A DNA stretch of 64,000 bases from Candidatus Peregrinibacteria bacterium (GTDB lineage: Bacteria > Patescibacteriota > Gracilibacteria > UBA1369 > LOWO2-01-FULL-3), in NCBI GenBank assembly GCA_043810515.1, contig JBDRNZ010000027.1:2247-66246 (forward strand), in the 5' to 3' direction. A program made the translations under genes and the position numbers. Below the pieces are notes generated by a model. The model saw only the letters and a list, made by a program, of their open reading frames with translations. It did not search any database and was not told the DNA's origin. Every line of letters begins with the position of its first letter. Position 1 is the first letter of the stretch. Positions 9,297 through 18,339 of the stretch are shown one piece after another.

Positions 9297-10142
9297 TCAA
9301 ACTAAAAAGTTAAGCCTTAGATAAGCCTCGAGAGCTTCTTCCCATGATCGTAAAGGCTCCGTAATTTTTGTATTTAGAAGAATGGAGCATTTTGGGCGTT
9401 TTGCTTTTTGTGGAAAAGCATCGGATGAAATCTTGTTTATTTTTACATCGGACTCCATAATTTTAAAAATCTTAACCGCGAAATCATACCAGCTTGTCTG
9501 TCCCGAATTTGTAAGATGATAAATTCCAAAAGGAAGTTTTTTTGAAAGAAAATATTTTACGCAGGCTTCGCACAGGTCTTTGGTATAGGTCGGACAGCCC
9601 GTCTGATCACCTACTACGTTCGGTTCGTACTTTTTTCGCGCCAGCCGGATCATTGTATCTACAAAATTTTTGCCGTTCTCACCGAAAAGCCACGAAGTCC
9701 TGACGATATAATAATCGTTCATGTTCTCGGAAATCCTTTTTTCGCCCTCGAGTTTTGATTCTCCGTAAATATTAATGGGGGAGGGCGAATCGGTTTCTTT
9801 GTAGCCGCGGTCATTTTTACCGTCAAACACATAATCCGTGCTGAAATGAAGAAGCGTGGCATTTTTTCCGGCACAAAGCCTGGCAATTTCCCCCGGCGCT
9901 TCGCCATTTACCTTAAAAGCGGCATCTTTATCGGATTCGCAGCTGTCTACGGCAGTATAAGCCGCACAGTTGATCACAAAATGAGGCGAAATTCTCTCGA
10001 AAACTTTTTCGAGAGTTTCTTTATCGGTTATATCAAGTCCGTCCTTTTTAAGTGAGTACATTTCAGCGTCTTTCTGCCCTGCAAGACATTTAAAAAAACA
10101 TGATCCAAGCATCCCTGATTGACCCAAAAGTAAAATTTTCAA
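9297..10142 (-). CDS. rfbD: dTDP-4-dehydrorhamnose reductase (RmlD family)
   Basis: GQSGMLG Rossmann motif, STDYVFDG and YGESK. The start is TTG at 10142, because the Rossmann motif needs those residues. Confidence 0.85.
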   Translation of the reverse strand: MKILLLGQSGMLGSCFFKCLAGQKDAEMYSLKKDGLDITDKETLEKVFERISPHFVINCAAYTAVDSCESDKDAAFKVNGEAPGEIARLCAGKNATLLHFSTDYVFDGKNDRGYKETDSPSPINIYGESKLEGEKRISENMNDYYIVRTSWLFGENGKNFVDTMIRLARKKYEPNVVGDQTGCPTYTKDLCEACVKYFLSKKLPFGIYHLTNSGQTSWYDFAVKIFKIMESDVKINKISSDAFPQKAKRPKCSILLNTKITEPLRSWEEALEAYLRLNFLV

Positions 10143-10143
10143 A

Positions 10144-11853
10144 TTAACCCTGCTTTAAAAATTTCTTAATCTTCGCGCCTAAGTCCGAAAACTTCACGAT
10201 TTCCGCTTTGTCACTAATTCTTTCCTTCCATTCCGCGCCGTCTTTTTCGAGCGTCCTGCCGCTTATAACAATTCTTAAAGGAACGCCAATAAGATCGGAA
10301 TCCTTGAATTTTACGCCGGGGCTTTCATCACGATCGTCATAAAGAACATCAATACATTCTTTTTGCAGTTCAGCATACAATTCATCGGCTTTTTTTGTGA
10401 CTTTATCATCATTTCCAAGAGTCACAATATGAATTTGGTAAGGCGCGACTGTCACCGGCCATATAATACCGTTATCGTCGTGGCTCGCTTCAACAACCGT
10501 TCCAAGAAGCCTTGTGTTTCCGATTCCATAGCATCCCATAACGGCGGATTTCAGTTTTCCGTCCTTATCTGCGAATTTAAAGCCAAACGCGTCGCTGAAT
10601 TTCGTGCCGAGTTTGAAAATATTTCCGACCTCGACAGCCTTCAGCTCCTTCAGAGGTTTGCCACATTTTACACACGAAAACCCGCTTTTTACTTCCACCA
10701 GATCCGTAAAATCCTTCACGATAAAATCCCGTCCGATATTTACATTTACATAATCCTTCGCGTATTCGTTGGCGCCGGTTACGAAATTTTTCACATTTTT
10801 TATGGAATGATCCGCAATAAAAGAAACATTAACACTATCCGGCATATTCACAGGGGAAATATATCCCTGCACGAGCCCCGCTTTTTTTAAACTCTCCGGA
10901 GACGCGGGCCTCAGACGTTTTTTTAAATATTTTTCCAGTTTAACCTCGCTGATATTCAGATCGCCGCGTATCAAAACGCCGAGAAGCCCCCCCTCTTCAA
11001 TTTCATAAACAACAGTTTTTAAAATTTTACTTTCCGGAACTTTATGGGCTTTCGCATTATCCTCAACCGAAAAACCTCTCTCAATATCGACTTCTTTGAG
11101 AGGAAGCTCATTTTCCTCTTTTAAATCAGGATCAACAACTTTTCCTTCCGCAATTTCAAGATTTTGCGCGGTATGACAATTTTCACAGATGATAATGGTA
11201 TCTTCGCCGTAAGGTGTTACGACTGAAAATTCATGAGAAAATTTATCGCTAAAAGCTCCACCGGAAGCCTCTATAATATGAGCTTCAAGACCACACCGCG
11301 TAAAAACATTCAGATAAGCCTGTTTTACTTTTTCGTAATATTCATCAAGATCGTCTTCCGACGCGTGAAAGCTGTACATATCTTTCATACCGAACTCGCG
11401 TCCGCGTAAAATACCGGATTTCGCGCGAGGCTCGTTTCTGAATTTGGTCTGGATCTGATAAACGCTCAAAGGCAGGTCCTTATAGGATTTAACATTATTG
11501 CCGACAAGCGGAGTCACAACTTCTTCGTGGCTTGGCCCCAAAACAAATTTCTTACTTCCGGCCTCTGTGCGATACAGCACTCCGTCCATCGTGCGGTTCC
11601 GGCCTGTTTTTTCCCAGAGCTCAAGAGGATGAAGCACAGGCATTATTATTTCCTGCCCTCCGACGGTGTCCATTTCCTCTCTTATAATATTGTCGATTTT
11701 ATGCATAACTCTGCGCCCAAGCGGAAGAATGCTGTAAATCCCAGCTGCCACCATTTCTATAAAACCGGCCTGCGTAAGCAGTTTTGCATTAATGCTTTTG
11801 GCGTCCACCGGCGCATTGTGCCGCGTTTTTCCGAAAAGTTTTGAATATCGCAT
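10144..11853 (-). CDS. proS: Prolyl-tRNA synthetase (bacterial type with an editing insertion)
   Basis: 569 aa. Class II motifs (FRNEPRAKSGILRGREF, GCYGIG) and a C-terminal anticodon-binding domain. Confidence 0.93.
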   Translation of the reverse strand: MRYSKLFGKTRHNAPVDAKSINAKLLTQAGFIEMVAAGIYSILPLGRRVMHKIDNIIREEMDTVGGQEIIMPVLHPLELWEKTGRNRTMDGVLYRTEAGSKKFVLGPSHEEVVTPLVGNNVKSYKDLPLSVYQIQTKFRNEPRAKSGILRGREFGMKDMYSFHASEDDLDEYYEKVKQAYLNVFTRCGLEAHIIEASGGAFSDKFSHEFSVVTPYGEDTIIICENCHTAQNLEIAEGKVVDPDLKEENELPLKEVDIERGFSVEDNAKAHKVPESKILKTVVYEIEEGGLLGVLIRGDLNISEVKLEKYLKKRLRPASPESLKKAGLVQGYISPVNMPDSVNVSFIADHSIKNVKNFVTGANEYAKDYVNVNIGRDFIVKDFTDLVEVKSGFSCVKCGKPLKELKAVEVGNIFKLGTKFSDAFGFKFADKDGKLKSAVMGCYGIGNTRLLGTVVEASHDDNGIIWPVTVAPYQIHIVTLGNDDKVTKKADELYAELQKECIDVLYDDRDESPGVKFKDSDLIGVPLRIVISGRTLEKDGAEWKERISDKAEIVKFSDLGAKIKKFLKQG

Positions 11854-11912
11854 ATATTTTCAAAAATTCTCAACAAATATAGCTGGGAATGGGAAAAAAT
11901 AAAAGTTAAACT

Positions 11913-12947
11913 CTACACTCTGCTCGCCGCAAGTGGCGTTTTGCTGACTTTCTGATGCTGCCTTTCTTCCATTTTATCGATCAGTTTCTTCCACCATTCC
12001 TTATGGGTTTCGTACCAGTCGAAAGTTTTCGCAATCCCTTCCTCAAAATTAACCGATGGTTTCCATCCAAGCTCCTTCTGTAATTTTCCCGAATCAATCG
12101 CGTATCTTCGGTCATGCGCCAGCCTGTCGTCAACAAAAGTCATCAGACTTTCGTCTTTTCCGAGAAATTCCAGCAAAAACCGTGTTATTTCAAGATTTGT
12201 TTTTTCATTATTTCCGCCGACATTGTAAACATCGCCGATTCGCCCTTTATCAAGAATCATGTCGATTGCCCTGCAGTGATCAATCACATAAAGCCAGTCA
12301 CGGACGTTTTTGCCGTCGCCATAAATTGGAACGGGTTTGTTTTCCGAAATTAGCCTGAAAAAATAGGGGATTAGTTTTTCCGGGAATTGATACGGCCCGT
12401 AATTATTACTGCAACGACTTATGGTCACGCCCATCTGATAAGTTTCAAAATAACTCTTAACGAGAAGGTCCGCGGACGCTTTTGAGGCCGCGTACGGACA
12501 ATTCGGACTTAGAGGGGTACTTTCAATAAAGAAATCCCTGGAATCGGTGCCCAGGTCGCCGTAAACTTCATCCGTTGAGACCTGATGATACCTCTTTACA
12601 CCTGTATTTTTGGAAGCTTCCAATAAATTGTGGCTTCCAACGATATTTGTCATCACGAATATGCTCGGAGTCGCAATACTTCTGTCCACATGAGTCTCGG
12701 CCGCGAAATTCACAACCGCATCAAATTTTTCATTTTCAAAAAGATCCTCCACGAATTTCTTATCAGCGATATCGCCCTGAACGAAACGAAACCTTTCATG
12801 CGGAAGCATATCCGACAGATTGTCCAGATTGCCGGCGTAAGTCAGTTTGTCCAGAATATAAATCTCGTCCTCCGGATATTTTTCGAATCGAAAGTGGGCG
12901 TAATTGCTCCCGATAAAACCGGCTCCGCCTGTTATCAATATTTTCAT
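11913..12947 (-). CDS. rfbB: dTDP-glucose 4,6-dehydratase
   Basis: ITGGAGFIGSN, STDEVYG and YAASKASAD are the classical RmlB pattern. Confidence 0.92.
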   Translation of the reverse strand: MKILITGGAGFIGSNYAHFRFEKYPEDEIYILDKLTYAGNLDNLSDMLPHERFRFVQGDIADKKFVEDLFENEKFDAVVNFAAETHVDRSIATPSIFVMTNIVGSHNLLEASKNTGVKRYHQVSTDEVYGDLGTDSRDFFIESTPLSPNCPYAASKASADLLVKSYFETYQMGVTISRCSNNYGPYQFPEKLIPYFFRLISENKPVPIYGDGKNVRDWLYVIDHCRAIDMILDKGRIGDVYNVGGNNEKTNLEITRFLLEFLGKDESLMTFVDDRLAHDRRYAIDSGKLQKELGWKPSVNFEEGIAKTFDWYETHKEWWKKLIDKMEERQHQKVSKTPLAASRV

Positions 12948-13342
12948 GCTTCTTTGTTAACTTCTTTTATAAATTCGTCCAGATCATAAATGTAATCATT
13001 GGGATCGTAATTTACAGAAGAAATGGCCAAAAGTACAGCGTCAGGCGAAAAATCATAAAAATCCCTATAGCACATTTCCTCCATCAAAATAGCATCACCC
13101 GGACCGGTCATCTCAAACTCTTCCCATTTTTTTCCGTCATGAAACCGCGCTTTTACACTCCCTTTCTGACATACATACATTTTTTTTTCATGCCTGACAG
13201 CGTGGCCTCCGCGCGGACGGCTCACATCCGTCAGATAATAAACGCGCTTAACCGGCCACTCAAAATAATCCTTGAGCTCTATGGCGGTAAGAACACCGCG
13301 CTCATCTTTAAAAGAGTTCAATTTAACCGCTTTCAGCTTCAT
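12944..13342 (-). CDS. FdtA/WxcM-like cupin (putative dTDP-4-keto-6-deoxyglucose 3,4-ketoisomerase)
   Basis: 132 aa. F..DERGVLTAIE...KRVYYL.D....RGGHA aligns by eye with FdtA-type isomerases rather than the ~180-aa RmlC epimerase. Confidence 0.65.
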   Translation of the reverse strand: MKLKAVKLNSFKDERGVLTAIELKDYFEWPVKRVYYLTDVSRPRGGHAVRHEKKMYVCQKGSVKARFHDGKKWEEFEMTGPGDAILMEEMCYRDFYDFSPDAVLLAISSVNYDPNDYIYDLDEFIKEVNKEA

Positions 13343-13348
13343 AAATTT

Positions 13349-15460
13349 TTAAGTGAGAGTTCTGCGTTTTTCGACTTCTTTATAAATTTCAAGAATGTCA
13401 CCATCCTCAAGTTTTACATCTCCGCTGAACTTAATTCCGCAGTCATTGCCTTCCCCGATTTCCTTCACAACTTCATCAACCTTTCTAAGTGATTCAATCA
13501 TGCCTTCTCCAGCAATATTATCTTCATCAGTGGCATTTTTTCCTCTGATCACCGTAATTTTTCCCTTATTTTCAATTTTTCCGCTCAAAACTTTGCAGCC
13601 TATGATCATATCTTTTTTCTTTGTGAGGAATATTTGTTTTACGGAAGCTCTGCCTATAACTACTCTTTCGATTTCCGGCTCAAGAAGTCCGCTCAAAATT
13701 TTCTTTATATCTCCCAGAAGATCGTAAATAACGCTGTACATTCGAACTTCCACTCCTTCGCGGTCAGCTGTTTTTTTGACATGAGGCGAATCAAAATCAC
13801 TATGAAAAGCGACGACCATCCCGCCGCTTGCTGCAGCCATCATTATGTCAGACCTCGTTACAGAGCCGGCTCCGCTGTGTATTACCTTGACGGCAACCTC
13901 CTCATCCTTGATTTTTAAAATTGACTGTTTTATGGCTTCAAGAGAACCTTTAGTATCGGCTTTTACCACAAGTTTCAGAATTTTGTCGGATTTTACGTTC
14001 GAAATAATCTGGTTTATGCCACTCATCTTCTCTTCGTTTTCTTTTTTTGAAATAAGATGGATCTCTTCGGCTTTGTTTTTTGCGGTTTTTTCATCTTTGA
14101 CAACCTGGAGAATATCACCGCTTTTCGGAGTTGCATGAAGCCCTGCGATAAGAACGGGCATGGAAGGTCCGGCCGTGTGTATAGAATTACCAGTATAATC
14201 TTTCATCAGCTTTATGCGGCCGTAAGTATTCCCAACTATTATGTTATCCATAATTTTTAAAGTGCCGGTATTTATAAGGACAGTCGCAACCGGTCCGAGA
14301 TTAGGATCAAGATTAGCTTCTATAACGGTGCCGACGGCTTCTCGATCAGGATTTGCTTTAAAGCCCTCGATTTCAGCAGTCAGAAGAATCATGTCCAGCA
14401 GGTCCTCAATACCCTGGCCGGTAAGAGCGGAAACAGAAACAACAATAGTTTTGCCGCCCCAATCTTCAGGCTGCAGACCTTGTTCGGTCAGTTCGCCCTT
14501 TACTTTGTCGGGATTTGCTCCGGGTTTATCTATTTTATTAAGAGCCACGATGATAGGAACACCTGCTTCCTTCGCATGATTTATAGCTTCAACGGTTTGC
14601 GGTTTTATACCTTCGTCAGCTGCCACGACCAGAATAGCGATATCGGTTGCTTTCGCGCCTCGCGCACGCATGGAGGTAAAGGCTTCATGGCCGGGAGTGT
14701 CGAGAAAGGTTATAAGTTTGCCTTTCTTTTGAACCTGATAGGCTCCAATGTGCTGGGTTATACCACCGGATTCCTGCGCAACAATATTTGTCTCGCGTAT
14801 TGCATCAAGAAGCTTTGTTTTTCCATGATCTACATGTCCCATAACGCAAACAACCGGGGGTCTTTCTTTGAGAAGATTTTTATCGTCCTCAGAGAGAAGT
14901 TTTGAAATGTCGCCCGTCATAAATTCCTCGGCACCCGCAACGGACCTTATCCTTTTTATTTTTACACCCATATCGTCCGCGATAATCTGCGCCGTATCAA
15001 AATCGATCTGTTGATTGATATTTGCAAGAATGCCATTTTTCATCAATTCTCCGATGATTTTCGCAATTTTTATGCCGGTTTTTTCCGCGAATTCCTTCAC
15101 GGTAATGGTATCGGGAATATCAATGGCCTTGCTATAATCAACCTGAACAGATACCTGTGTTTTTATTTCTTCTTTTTTTGCATCTTTCCCGGCAGTTTTT
15201 TTCCTCTGGCTTTTGATAATTTCTCGTTCGCGTTCCTTTGCTATAAGTTCATCGTATATTTCCGCAACATCACCTCCTGATGAGGATTCGCCGTCTTCGG
15301 CGTCATCCTTCCCGAGTTCATCAAGAACCAGTTCAGCGATTTCGTCGTCAATAACGCGGGATCTTGGCGAAATTTCAAAGCCAAGCTCTTTTAATTTTTC
15401 TTTAAGATCTTTTAACGACAGATCGAGTTTTTCGGCCAAATCGGCCAGTTTCGTTGACAT
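13349..15460 (-). CDS. infB: Translation initiation factor IF-2
   Basis: G-domain motifs [20 protein letters not shown] and NKIDK, with an IF-2 C-terminal domain. 703 aa. Confidence 0.95.
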   Translation of the reverse strand: MSTKLADLAEKLDLSLKDLKEKLKELGFEISPRSRVIDDEIAELVLDELGKDDAEDGESSSGGDVAEIYDELIAKEREREIIKSQRKKTAGKDAKKEEIKTQVSVQVDYSKAIDIPDTITVKEFAEKTGIKIAKIIGELMKNGILANINQQIDFDTAQIIADDMGVKIKRIRSVAGAEEFMTGDISKLLSEDDKNLLKERPPVVCVMGHVDHGKTKLLDAIRETNIVAQESGGITQHIGAYQVQKKGKLITFLDTPGHEAFTSMRARGAKATDIAILVVAADEGIKPQTVEAINHAKEAGVPIIVALNKIDKPGANPDKVKGELTEQGLQPEDWGGKTIVVSVSALTGQGIEDLLDMILLTAEIEGFKANPDREAVGTVIEANLDPNLGPVATVLINTGTLKIMDNIIVGNTYGRIKLMKDYTGNSIHTAGPSMPVLIAGLHATPKSGDILQVVKDEKTAKNKAEEIHLISKKENEEKMSGINQIISNVKSDKILKLVVKADTKGSLEAIKQSILKIKDEEVAVKVIHSGAGSVTRSDIMMAAASGGMVVAFHSDFDSPHVKKTADREGVEVRMYSVIYDLLGDIKKILSGLLEPEIERVVIGRASVKQIFLTKKKDMIIGCKVLSGKIENKGKITVIRGKNATDEDNIAGEGMIESLRKVDEVVKEIGEGNDCGIKFSGDVKLEDGDILEIYKEVEKRRTLT

Positions 15461-15554
15461 AAATTATCGGCACAATAAAAAACAGTGACAGTCTACGTAA
15501 AAAGCAACTCAAAGTAAAGTCGACTCAAGAATGATTTTGTGCTAATTTTCACTC

Positions 15555-16649
15555 ATGCAGACTCTTATAGTAATAATCGGGCTGGCAATCCTCTCGCTAA
15601 TTGCTTTCGCGATTTATAAAATGAGAGAGCTTAAAAAACCGGAGGATCAAAAGCTCTTTTTTGAATATATCGAGTCACTTAGAAAAGAGCTCAGAGATTC
15701 CACGGCCGAAAGCAGAAAGGAAACCGCTCTGCGTCTCGACAAGATACACGAAAGGTTGGCGAAAGGCCTTGAGCATTCTTCCGAAACCCTTCAGCGCCAG
15801 TTCGGACAGAGCTCCAAACTCATACAGGAAGTCACAGAAAAACTCACAAAACTTGACGAGACAAATAAACAGGTTCTCGGTTTTTCGGAAAAAATGCAAA
15901 ACCTCGAAGATATACTTAAAAATCCGAAGCAAAGAGGAATTTTGGGGGAATATTTTTTGGAAACATTACTTGGCCACGTTCTCCAGCCGAATCAGTACAA
16001 AATGCAGTACGAATTTAGAAATAAGGAAATTGTCGATGCTGTGATTTTCTTTAAAGACAAGCTCATCCCGATCGACGCGAAATTTTCTTTAGAAAAATAC
16101 AACAAAATAATGCAGGAAAAATCCAAAGTACATCGCGAAAAACTGGAAAAAGAATTTAAAATGGACATAAAAAACAGAATCGACGAAACGGCCAAGTACA
16201 TAAGGCCGGACGAAAATACTACGGATTTCGCTTTTATGTTTATACCCGCCGAGGGAATTTATTACAATCTGCTGATTTACAAAGTTGGATCACTCGATAT
16301 CAACGCAAACGATCTCATCGAATATGCTTTTAAAAAACACGTGATCATAGTTTCGCCGACATCGTTTTTTGCATATCTTGAAACGGTTTTGCAGGGCCTG
16401 AAAGCTCTGAAAATGGAGGAGTCGGTAAAGGAAATAATAAAAAAAGTGGGACAGCTCGGAGGCCATATGCAAAGCTACGAGACGTACCTTAAAAAAATGG
16501 GCTCAAGCCTTGGCACAACCGTAAACATGTACAATTCCGCATACAAAGAATTCGGAAAAATCGATAAAGACGTGTACAAAATTACCGAAGGAGGCGAAGG
16601 CGGAAAGGCGGCTGCGATTTTTATAGACAAACCGGTAGCCGAAGACTAA
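15555..16649 (+). CDS. rmuC: DNA recombination protein RmuC
   Basis: N-terminal TM helix, long coiled coil, then the RmuC nuclease-like core (QRGILGEYFLETLL...DAVIFF.DKLIPIDAKF). Confidence 0.85.
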   Translation: MQTLIVIIGLAILSLIAFAIYKMRELKKPEDQKLFFEYIESLRKELRDSTAESRKETALRLDKIHERLAKGLEHSSETLQRQFGQSSKLIQEVTEKLTKLDETNKQVLGFSEKMQNLEDILKNPKQRGILGEYFLETLLGHVLQPNQYKMQYEFRNKEIVDAVIFFKDKLIPIDAKFSLEKYNKIMQEKSKVHREKLEKEFKMDIKNRIDETAKYIRPDENTTDFAFMFIPAEGIYYNLLIYKVGSLDINANDLIEYAFKKHVIIVSPTSFFAYLETVLQGLKALKMEESVKEIIKKVGQLGGHMQSYETYLKKMGSSLGTTVNMYNSAYKEFGKIDKDVYKITEGGEGGKAAAIFIDKPVAED

Positions 16650-16676
16650 AATACATCAAAAATAACCACATAAAAA

Positions 16677-17156
16677 ATGGGAGTAAGAACAAAAACTTTG
16701 GTAGCGGTTCTGATGGTCGGGGCGGTCATTGGAATTGTGATTTTGCAGGTTGAAAACAAAGGGCTTTTCAAAGGACAGATTCTTGAGGGGCCTTCCGACG
16801 AAACCGCGGTCACGGCAGGAGAATTGCCGGATTTGAGACCGAAACTCGAAGTGCTCGCACCTGAAACCGCGGGCGGCGATATCATCGCAAAAACAACAAT
16901 AGAAAACATCGGCGCGGGATCGGTTATCGGAGGACAGCCCTTTAGATATGCAATATATATAAACGACACGGAAGTTTTTTCAAATAGCGACTCCTACAGC
17001 GCTCTTGATCCCGGCGATTCATTCACATTTAAGTATCCGATTCCGCGGACAATTTACAACTATGGCAACAGCGGAACGGTATCGGTCATCCTGGACACAG
17101 ATAAATCCATAAAAGAAAGCGATGAATCAAACAACACAGTCGAAGTCCAATACTGA
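16677..17156 (+). CDS. Membrane-anchored CARDB-domain protein
   Basis: N-terminal TM helix. LPDLRP...IENIGAG...LDPGDSFTF...ESDESNNTVEV is the typical CARDB pattern. Confidence 0.7.
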   Translation: MGVRTKTLVAVLMVGAVIGIVILQVENKGLFKGQILEGPSDETAVTAGELPDLRPKLEVLAPETAGGDIIAKTTIENIGAGSVIGGQPFRYAIYINDTEVFSNSDSYSALDPGDSFTFKYPIPRTIYNYGNSGTVSVILDTDKSIKESDESNNTVEVQY

Positions 17157-18339
17157 TGATCCCGACAAAGAAAATCTCTCCGCCAAACCACAGCCTGCGC
17201 AGTCGGACATTTTGAGCGAGGAAAGAGCAGGTCTTAAGGCAAAAGTCGACGTCAGCAGAGAAACCCATGAAGAACTTGAAAAGAGCAGAATAACAGGTTT
17301 TTTTGAAGGAATTTTTGGCAAAAACAGGGTCTCGAAATTCCTGGCCGGAGTCACAGGCTTTATTGCCTCAAAACTGGGACTCGGCAAGAAAGAGATTCCC
17401 TGGAAAGAATTTGAAAAGAAAATAGACTCGGAGAGATCTTCCGCGGAGGGTGGACCTCTTGATATTGAAAAATACATAGTCGCCCACAGAGCTCTCGGCT
17501 ACGGAAGACACAAACAAAATTCTCTCTCTGCGATTCTCTCTGCAATAGACGGCGGCGAGGACCAGCTTGAAATTGATTTGAGAAGAGGCACTGACGGCAA
17601 AATATATCTGTCGCATGATCCAATCGAAAACGAAAAAAATCCTTCCGGTAAACTGACTGCCGTACGCGAGGCACTTGAAGCCGCGGCATCCAATAAAGAA
17701 CAGGATGTCGCGTTTTTTCTGGACGTAAAGGAAAAGGGGATAATGGAGGAGGTTGATAATATGATTGCTGAAATTGACGCAAAAAACAGCGGAAGGGAGG
17801 GATACATTCCTCTTGCAAAAAGAAATATTGTCATGAGTTTTGATCCGGAAATCCTGAAAAACGCTCATGAAAAAAACTCTGATCGCCCTCTGATGTTCAG
17901 TTATTTTCCGGTGGCTAAGCTCCAGACAGCTTCCGAGGCTAAATCTCAGGGAAATATTTTCGGAATATTAAAAAGGCGCGACCTCAAAAAAATATGCGGC
18001 TCAATCGACTCACTTACCGGCGGCCATCTGGAAAAGGATTTTGAAGGATTTTCGGTCAAGGTCGGCGGTAAAAAAATGTCTGATGATAAGGAGGAAAACA
18101 AAAGCGCCATCCATATAGAAAGCGAACTTCCGGACGAAAAAATCCTGAAAATGATAAGGGAATCAAACGGATATATTTGCGTGCCATTCACACTTGTAAC
18201 GCCGGATATTATCAAACATGCCCACGAGTCACGAGTAAAAGTGGCAGTGTGGGGAGCGGAGGGAATAGAAATTCAGCAGGCCATCGTGAATCAGGTGGAT
18301 TTGATCATAAGCGATAAGCCGGACGTTATAAAAAGCTAA
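17122..18339 (+). CDS. Glycerophosphodiester phosphodiesterase (GDPD) family protein with a ~115-aa N-terminal extension
   Basis: VAHRALGYG..NSL.A...AIDGGEDQLEIDLRRGTDGKIYLSHD matches the GDPD core. The ATG at 17122 overlaps the previous gene by 35 nt, so the start is uncertain. Confidence 0.7.
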   Translation: MNQTTQSKSNTDDPDKENLSAKPQPAQSDILSEERAGLKAKVDVSRETHEELEKSRITGFFEGIFGKNRVSKFLAGVTGFIASKLGLGKKEIPWKEFEKKIDSERSSAEGGPLDIEKYIVAHRALGYGRHKQNSLSAILSAIDGGEDQLEIDLRRGTDGKIYLSHDPIENEKNPSGKLTAVREALEAAASNKEQDVAFFLDVKEKGIMEEVDNMIAEIDAKNSGREGYIPLAKRNIVMSFDPEILKNAHEKNSDRPLMFSYFPVAKLQTASEAKSQGNIFGILKRRDLKKICGSIDSLTGGHLEKDFEGFSVKVGGKKMSDDKEENKSAIHIESELPDEKILKMIRESNGYICVPFTLVTPDIIKHAHESRVKVAVWGAEGIEIQQAIVNQVDLIISDKPDVIKS

